NCBI GenBank assembly: GCA_964016885.1
Contig: OZ024746.1
Coordinates: 31,806,001-31,870,000 of the forward strand
Length of the DNA stretch: 64,000 bases
Source of the DNA: Eledone cirrhosa
Taxonomy: Eukaryota
Direction of reading: 5' to 3'
Made by a program: the position numbers and the translations under genes. This document shows positions 1 to 64,000 of this stretch, in pieces. Under the pieces are notes generated by a model, which was not told the DNA's origin, did no database searches, and saw nothing but the letters and a program-made list of their open reading frames with translations. The stretch's first letter is position 1. Every line of letters begins with the position of its first letter.

Positions 1-1051
1 CCTGAAGCAATGTTGATAAATAAAATACCAGTTTAATATGGGGGTCAATTCTTCCTCTGTACTCCCTTCTCCCCCCTCTCTCTCTCTCGCTCTCTCTCTC
101 TCAGTATTTCTCTGGTAATGTTTGGTTATGTTCTGACATAGAGAGAAATAGACTCTACCAGGTTGAAATACCCAAGACATGCTGTATGTCACAACAGCAT
201 TCGTGTGACTCTACCAGGAGTTAAGGGACTATGGAATGACATGATTGCTTCACTAAGGTGATTTACTCCTTCCACTGTGATCATAAACTTCCATCACAAA
301 AAATAGAACCTCAGATTTCTACATATCCAACAGACAGCTATTACTCAAGAAAGTTTTGTGGATAATCCACATAATTCTTTTCTAAGATCCAGTCTTCAAC
401 AATGTAACAGTGAAGAAAATAATGATAATTTGTTTTTTGTTTGCTACAAGGGCCCATTCATACATTTAGATTTTATAAAATTTATAATCAAGAGTACTTT
501 GTATTTTCATTGAAGTCTGCAAGATGTTTTGATCTCCATGGGTTGGGTAGCAGAGAGCAGACAAGGCAATACTATTTCATAGTCTGGTTTGCTTTTCTAT
601 AGCTGGTTGAGCTAATCCTGTAGCTTCTTCTGATCAAACCAGCTTTTGATCACCAATAGTAATTTTATGGCCATTTTTCTCGCTAAAGTAGGGGTAGGCC
701 TTGCAGACCCTCTGACATGTGCTCCTTTTTGAGGCAAAGTTTTATAGCTGGATGGTCTATTAGTTGTCTCTTACAACATGCAAGGATACAGTGTGTCTAC
801 TGTAAACCAGATACATCAGGTATACAGTGTACCTATTGTAAACTAGATATATACAGGAATACAGTGTACATATTCTAAACTGGGTACATGCAAGTATTCA
901 GTGTACCTATTATAAATTTGGTACATACAGAGATACGGTGTACCTAGTCTAAACTGGGTATATACAGTCATAATTTGAAGGTAATTGTGATATATTGACT
1001 GCTAATAATTGTTGTGATTTCTATTCCTGTGGTAATGGTTTCAATCTCCAG

Positions 1052-56648
<55,597 letters not shown>

Positions 56649-56833
56649 GTAAGACCAACATATGATATGTGATTCTTTAACTGGTTTCAGTCATTAAACT
56701 ATGGCCATGCTAAAGCACCTCAGTACTAATTTCTATTCATGTCTGGTACTTATTTTATCCATGTCTATTTTGTGAAGCCGAAAAAATAGGAGATATAAAC
56801 ACAGACACAAACACACACACATATATAATCATA

Positions 56834-56891
<58 letters not shown>

Positions 56892-57252
56892 GATCAATAA
56901 ACTCTGGTGTACGCAGGATTATGCACTTGACATCAGTGTTCCTTTGTGTCTGTGTTATAATAATGAAGTAGAAGGCAATAATGTTATATTTCACTACATT
57001 CTATCATGTAATAGCTGTTATACGTATTTTCATGACATCTGTTATGTAATTGTAAACCATCCTGTGCATATAGGCTATGTTTATCATGTGAACCACCAAC
57101 TCCAGGGAGTTTTCTATGTTTTTGACACACTTGAAGTGTCCACCTAACCCTCCATTTGGCAAATTTTTAGGACCCAATGCCCTTCTTATCACCATCCACT
57201 TTACAGAGTATACTGGGTGCATGTCATGTAAGTCATGTCATGTGTAATTTTG

Positions 57253-57730
57253 ATAAACGCCAAGCAGCGAGAAACAGTTGACAGCCATTCTCCCAGCCTT
57301 TGCTGAAAATATAAGTAAGTGACATAGTCACTACTTTAAAATTGATAGCGAATGGTCTTCTAAATGTTTTTAATTAGATATACGGTATATTGCCAAATAT
57401 ACTGTACATACATTCATGTATACATCGCTATTTTAGAGCACTAATACTAATACCTAATTTTTGTTGGACTGACAATCGCTCTGTTTAATCAGCTCCTGAT
57501 TTACTTGAATTCTATTAGAATCCAGCTTCTATAATTTTCGGTAAAAGCAGGTGAGTGCGTGGCTTTCATAAACGCCAAGCAGCAAGGAACAGCTGTCAGC
57601 CATTCTCCCAGCCTTTGCCGAAAATATAAGTAAGTGACATAGTCACTACTTTAAAATTGATAGCGAATGGTCTTCTAAATTTTTTAAATTAAACATACGG
57701 TATATTGCCAGATATACTATACATACATTT
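57253..57730. repeat. Direct repeat of ~165 bp (57253 and 57568)
   Basis: ataaacgccaagcagc...tatact..acatacatt occurs twice. Confidence 0.85.
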
Positions 57731-57797
57731 ATATATATATATATATATATATGTTAGTTTTGCAAGGTTTTTGATATGAAATCGTGTATCGAAACAA

Positions 57798-58094
57798 ATA
57801 TTGTTATACTTGGGGAGGGTCATATTGTTATAATATTGCCAGAAATAATAACAGAACACACTCACTGCTTAGTTTGGGTAGGTATCTTTTATATCTCCAG
57901 ATATGATGTCGCAGATGTGTGATGAAAGAACTTTGATAGACTATATATATATATATTTATATCTGTATTTTTAACCGAATAAATTAACTATAGAGATATA
58001 AAAGATACAGAAGCGAAAACCAACCCAAACCAAACTGAGCGTGTTCTGTTATTATTTCTGGCAATATTATAACAATATGACCCTCCCCAAGTAT

Positions 58095-58102
<8 letters not shown>
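57798..58102. repeat. Inverted repeat (arms ~100 bp, spacer ~95 bp) between (TA)n tracts
   Basis: 57798-57897 vs 57993-58102. Confidence 0.85.
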
Positions 58103-58165
<63 letters not shown>

Positions 58166-58817
58166 AAATAGCATACCAATTTAATCAAAAATCTTTTCTT
58201 CATGAAGAAAATATTAGTAAAGTAACGTAAATTTCTGGTATTGCTATAGTATTCCACCAAAGATGTGAAAGGAATTATATTAGTCACTCACCTCCCTCTT
58301 AGCACTCAAGTAGCACCATATTGCTGCCTAAACCCCACCCTCTCACTACTCTTTTGAATATATATTGATCTGAGTATGTTGGAAATCAATGTCTCTAACC
58401 AGGACAATACAAACCTCCACATATATAATTCCTAGAGAGGAGTATTGAATAGCTTGTTGACAATACATAATACAGTCAAACATTGGACACATAAATAAAC
58501 ATTTACATGAATGGGTGCAATGTATATGTATATTAGTGTGGATGTATATGTGTAAGTATGCATATATGTTTGATTGTGTATATGTGTGAGTGCATTGTGT
58601 GTGAATATGTGTGTATGGATATGTATTAAATATCCATAGGTGTGAAAAAGAAAAAAAGGAAAACAGCTCAATTAAGGACGAAATCTGATACAGTATATAA
58701 TTTAATTATGTTTATACACAGAACTTAAGCACTACCTAAGGTTTCAAGAACATAAATAAATATACACCACAGTACTATATATACATCAACAGCTGACACA
58801 AAATTCTCCAGACACAT

Positions 58818-59213
58818 GGAGGCACATGGCTTAGTGGTTAGAGCATTGGGCTTGCAATCGAAAGGTTGAGAGTTCAATTCCCAGACCGTGTGATGTGTTG
58901 TTTCCTTGAGCAAGACACTTTATTTCACATTGCTCCAGTTTACTCGGCTGTAGAAATGAGATGATAGGGACTGGGGTCCATATCATTCCACTGCAAAGTG
59001 GTCGTGGAGGGGCCACGGCAAAAAAACCACCCAGCCCACACTGTAAAGTGGACGTGTAGGCACAACGGAAAAAAAGCACCCAGCACTCACTGTAAATGAG
59101 GTTGGTGTTAGGAAGGGCATCCCATCCAGCTGTAGAAAGCAAGCCAGTTCCCGTCCCACCTTTGCAAGCAGGGAAAAGTGGACGTAAAATGATGATGATG
59201 ATGATGATGATGA
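58818..59213 (+). mobile_element. tRNA-derived SINE family B with RTE-like (GAT)n tail (representative). Minus-strand copies: ~4902-5150, 14150-14478, 41199-41548, 42673-43070, 59530-59851, 60001-60222
   Basis: Head GGAGGCACATGGCTTAGTGGTTAGAGC..GAGTTCAATTC; CCTTGAGCAAGACACTT core; tail GGAAAAGTGGACGTAAAATGATGATG. Confidence 0.85.
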
Positions 59214-60261
59214 TATATATATATATATAAATCTTTATCAAGCCCTCTTTGGATTTTAGTCTTCACATTTATTATTACTATATATATATATATTTGTGTG
59301 TATATAAATAAACAGTCCTATATGAGCAAGACACGGTCACTCGACCCAACTTATCTCGAAATGGGACAAACCCGTCTAACACATGCTAGTGTGGAAGATA
59401 GATGTTAAACGATGATGATGATATATATATATATATGCCGGCAAACACACAAACAAGTATTGATATCATAAATGTGATAATATAGTCATAGTCATGATAT
59501 CAGACACACATCACAATACTATATATATCATTTTTTCATTTCATTTCATTTTACGTCCACTTTTCCCTGCTTGCAAGGGTGGGACGGGAGCTGATTCTGG
59601 CTTGATTTCTACAGCTGGATGCCCTTCCTAACACCAACCTCATTTACAGTGAGTGCTGGGTGCTTTTTTGCCGTGGCACCTCCACGACCACTTTACAGTC
59701 CTTATCATCTCATTTCTACAGCTGAGTAAACTGGAGCAACGTGAAATAAAGTGTCTTGCTCAAGGAAACAACACATCACCCGGTCCGAGAATTGAACTCA
59801 CAACCTTTCAGTTGCAAGGCCAATGCTCTAACCACTAAGCCATGTGCCTCCATTATATGTATATATATAGGATAAACAATGTATGCCTTTATTTGGACAA
59901 ACACCCCTCCTGATCAGACAGCCAGTTAACCGCCAATGCCTTTGGCATTCAGTCTGGAACTAACTGTTGAAACAGCAAGGTCCCGACTCTTTATAATATA
60001 GGGTGGGACGGGAACTGATTCTGGCTTGATTTCTACAGCTGGATGCCCTCCCTAACACCAACCTCATTTACTGAGTGCTGGGTGCTTTTTTGCCGTGGCA
60101 CCTCCACGACCACTTTGCAGTGGAATGATATGTGAACTGGAGCAATGTGAAATAAAGTGTCTTGCTCAAGGAAACAACACATCACCCGGTCTGAGAATTG
60201 AACTCACAACCTTTCGATTGCAATATATATATAGTAATAATAATAAATTTGAAGACTAACA

Positions 60262-62413
60262 TTGCTTAAACTTTAATCTGTTATTTTAATAAATATATAT
60301 ATATATATTTATTAAAATAACAGATTAAAGTTTAAGCAAAGAATCGCTGCTTTCACCCATAACGGGATCTTCTGAAACTAACAAAGTCAATCTGTAAACG
60401 CAGAACTGGATATTTCCAAAAACGTTGCAACCGGAGGAAGACAGGAAGACGATACTTTCGTTCGTGGAAACGTTCGCTGGCTAAGAACGGGAAAAAACGA
60501 ATATAATACGTCATTAATAGGAGCGGTGAAAAACAATTACGCGCAAAGACAGAACCACGTTTATGGTATAAAAGAGGTCGTAGACTAATGTTCTCTTATG
60601 TGGTGCATAGAGACGTTCTCTGGCAATGAACGAAAAAAACGAAGATAATACGTCATATGTGGAACATAGAGAACAATAGCACGCAAAGACAAAACCACGT
60701 AAATGGTATAGCAGAAGTCGTAGACTAAAATTCTAACCAGGAAACCGAATGAATCTCCGCTACGGAGTTAAGAACAAAGTAAATAAATACAATACAGAAG
60801 TAATAGAAATAAATAAATACATACACGCAAACAAAAACGTACATACACAAGCATACGCAAAAACTTACCATAGGTAAACAAAACCACGCACATATAAATA
60901 TGTGTGTAAGCGTGTATACAAATAAATAAATAATTATATAAACGTATATAAATAAATAAATACGTATATAACAAGCGCACACACATACCTACATATAAAT
61001 ACACGAATGTTCGGAGACGTAAGTCAATCAAAACATGAAGTATACATATACACACGCCCAACATACGTACGAACCTGCATACTCACACAGACGCAAAACT
61101 CCCGTATACACATAGCCGAACCATATGTACCAGAATATATAAAAAAATGATACGCCATAACAATCAAATATACGTACGAGAAGGTATACGTACCTTCACA
61201 AAACATACGGATAATATATACTTACCTATGCAAATAAGTAAAGGTATAAACAAAAAATATACTTAGCTCCCACATCGAGACGTAAAATATCCACGTATAG
61301 ATCGTACTATCCGTTAGGGTATAACGTGGGGCTGTAATACAGGAAAGTTTTGTGCAATTTATGTTTACAAGCCGAAATTGCCTCAGATTTTTTGTTTAAG
61401 ATGTGGTCTCTGGCGTAGAGTATTTCCAGGGCCTCAGCGGCGCAGAGGTCACATGGTCTTTTATTTCCGTTATACGATCTAGCCCTAGCTAGGATCTCCC
61501 AGTGTAACTTATATTGGGTGTGGTTGTCTTTTAGACTCCAGATATAAGCTGAAAGTGACGTCATATTCCTTCTTAGAGGGTAACGAAAAGAATGGGTATG
61601 CATGTAAAGACGCTGCTTGAATCTATTGGCAGTTAACCCTATGTAGGCCCTACGGGACGTGGGTGTTACAACCTTACATTTGTAGACAATGTTACTAGAG
61701 AGGCATTTCCCGGATAGGGGGCAATCAACCCGATTCCTACAATTACAGTTAGTACTAACTACAGGGTTGCACGTGTACCTACGGCTAGGTAGTTTGGCTA
61801 GATTTGAAGCTGTGATGTTATGTGCAAGGTTAGGAGTCGTAGAGTAAGACATTTTAATAGTATTTCTATTAAAAATTTTACTATATTTATGTGTAGGGGG
61901 AAAATGCTTCGTAATAAAGGCTTCAACCTCTCTATACAGGTTGAGGCCAATCTCTCGGTCGTTAATTACCTCGACGTTACCCTCAACTTATCGAATGGGT
62001 TGTATTACCCGTATAGAAAGCCGAATGATACGCTTAATTACATAAGTAAGCATTCCAACCATCCTGCCAGCATAACCAAGAACCTGGTAAGAAACGTTTC
62101 GTTGAGGCTTTCCCGTCTTTCCACCAACGAGCGTATTTTCAACGACCATTCCACTTATTACAATGAAGCTCTTGCTCGAAGTGGATTTGTCGATAAGGTA
62201 GCATATACAGAGTACGAAAATAGACCTAGAAGAAATAGATCCCGCCGCATTTGTTGGTATAACCTACCATATAATATGGAGGTGGCCACACCATTAGCTA
62301 AGATCTTTCTTTCCCTTATTACGAAGCATTTTCCCCCTACACATAAATATAGTAAAATTTTTAATAGAAATACTATTAAAATTATATATATATATAATCT
62401 GTTATTTTAATAA
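60262..62413 (-). mobile_element. Penelope-like retroelement with inverted 5' segment
   Basis: Minus-strand GIY-YIG ORF 61307-61852 (CNCRNRVDCPL, IVYKC..YIGLT..FKQR..H, CDLC..E). Plus-strand RT C-terminal piece ~61918-62382 (NYLDVTL, YRKP, SNHP, WYNLPY). Inverted copies of the 3' end flank it. Confidence 0.9.
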
Positions 62414-62494
<81 letters not shown>

Positions 62495-62729
62495 GCGGAC
62501 GTAAATGCTTTAATTTATATTTTTAATTATTGTGTCTATAGTCTGCCTTTCCATATAGATTCCATACACTGGTGGTTTTTTCCCTGTTTTATTGATAGCG
62601 CACTATATATCTCTCTCTGGTGTGTTACCTTTTCAACATATTGTATTTTAAAGAGCTCAGGATTTCTTCTCTTTGAGCACATTATTTACAGGGAATGGCG
62701 AGGGCCTATGGCTCCGTTAATTTATCGTG

Positions 62730-62806
<77 letters not shown>

Positions 62807-63235
62807 ACAACTAGAAATTAATTAACATATAAATAAACATATGAAACAATCACAGGGGATAATTTTTACAAGTGTGTAAGCACACATAGCTAGGTAGGTA
62901 ACTAAGTTAACTAGAACTTCAAAAATAGATACCTTATAATATGATTAATCTTCCCTGTATATATTCCATTAAAGAAATATATTTCACCAATTAATCGAAT
63001 AGTAAACCACGGAGGCTGATACTTGGATTTTCAACAAGGTAGAAGTCCAGCCATCTGTGTTTACGCATTAAGTTCAAATCACCGACTGGCCAGTAACACT
63101 TGCTGTATCTACTAAAAATACACACATCATACCAGCTTCGACCCAGTGGTGTGAATAGGGTTATCGACAACTAGAAACAGCAGTCAAGTCCTTTCAACAG
63201 AGTTAGCTCTACAATTAAGGAGCCGTATTTATATC

Positions 63236-63446
63236 CAAAATTAAGATAAATCAAAGTAAATTTAATCTAAATCAAAATTATGGGTGTCATGCCAGAAAGG
63301 CATGCGCCATTCTAGTTGTTATAAAATGCTCGGACCTATTCATTAGAATCTTGGAGCTTATTTTACGGGTGATATGGCGCATGCCTTTCTGGCATGACAC
63401 CCATAATTTGGATTTAGATTAAATTTACTTTGATTTATCTTAATTT

Positions 63447-63448
<2 letters not shown>
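63236..63448. repeat. Inverted repeat (arms ~75 bp, spacer ~63 bp)
   Basis: 63236-63310 vs 63374-63448. Confidence 0.9.
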
Positions 63449-63519
<71 letters not shown>

Positions 63520-63714
63520 CACCCTTACTCTGTAGTAAAATTGTCATGTTGGTATCTCACGACCCTATATATATACACCACAACACTATATATATACCTT
63601 ACAACATTATATATACACCATAGTACTATATATATACATCACCAGCTGACACAAAATTCTCCAGGTGCAAATCCATGGTCTTTCGAAGCCGATGGATGCC
63701 AATAATAATGCTAT

Positions 63715-64000
63715 ATATACACACCACAACACTACATATACACCACAATGTATATACACAATATACACACCACAACACTACATATACACCACAATGTATA
63801 TACACAATATACACACCACAACACTACATATATACCACAATGTATATACACAATATACACACCACAACACTACATATACACCACAATGTATATACACAAT
63901 ATACACACCACAACACTACATATACACCACAATGTATATACACAATATACACACCACAACACTACATATACACCACAATGTATATACACAATATACACAC
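63715..64000. repeat. 46-bp minisatellite running off the window end
   Basis: ACACCACAACACTACATATACACCACAATGTATATACACAATATAC tandem units. Confidence 0.92.

Noticed and set aside
58818-58890. tRNA gene
   Set aside because: tRNA-like A/B boxes run directly into a multi-copy SINE body and tail; these are SINE heads.
60340-60390. Hammerhead-like boxes at 60340-60390 (CAGAAGA..GAAA) and ~63130-63205 (CTGTTGA..GAAG) on the minus strand
   Set aside because: Core nucleotides are mutated and stem I cannot be formed convincingly.
61820-62410. 196-aa plus-strand ORF as an independent gene
   Set aside because: It is a chimera across the inversion junction of a Penelope-like element.
56649-64000. Further exons of the main gene
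   Set aside because: I found no Cys-rich exon with splice signals. The region is repeat-filled intron and the next exon probably lies beyond the window, though a small exon could have been missed.

Overview
AT-rich, intron-rich animal DNA. The (TA)n/(ATC)n microsatellites and SINE families suggest a coleoid cephalopod such as octopus, but this is an inference. One large + strand gene runs through the window and is open at both ends. I reconstructed 35 GT-AG exons from 1052 to 56648 (5498 nt, about 1830 codons) that splice into one stop-free frame. The protein is extracellular: at least 7 tandem ~180-205 aa Caspr/Neurexin-IV-type fibrinogen-like (COLFI-related) modules, then 3 calcium-binding EGF domains, then a VWD(GDPH)-C8-TIL assembly. 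I do not recognise this architecture as a named gene. The introns hold three Penelope-like elements, a decayed Ty3/Gypsy element, R4-, Tx1/L1- and RTE-type LINE fragments, a Helitron, hAT and Tc1/mariner MITEs, two SINE families and minisatellites. They also hold seven hand-folded minimal type I hammerhead ribozyme motifs, in fold-back, tandem or single arrangements, plus many long hairpins. Most ORFs in the supplied track are microsatellite or repeat artefacts.
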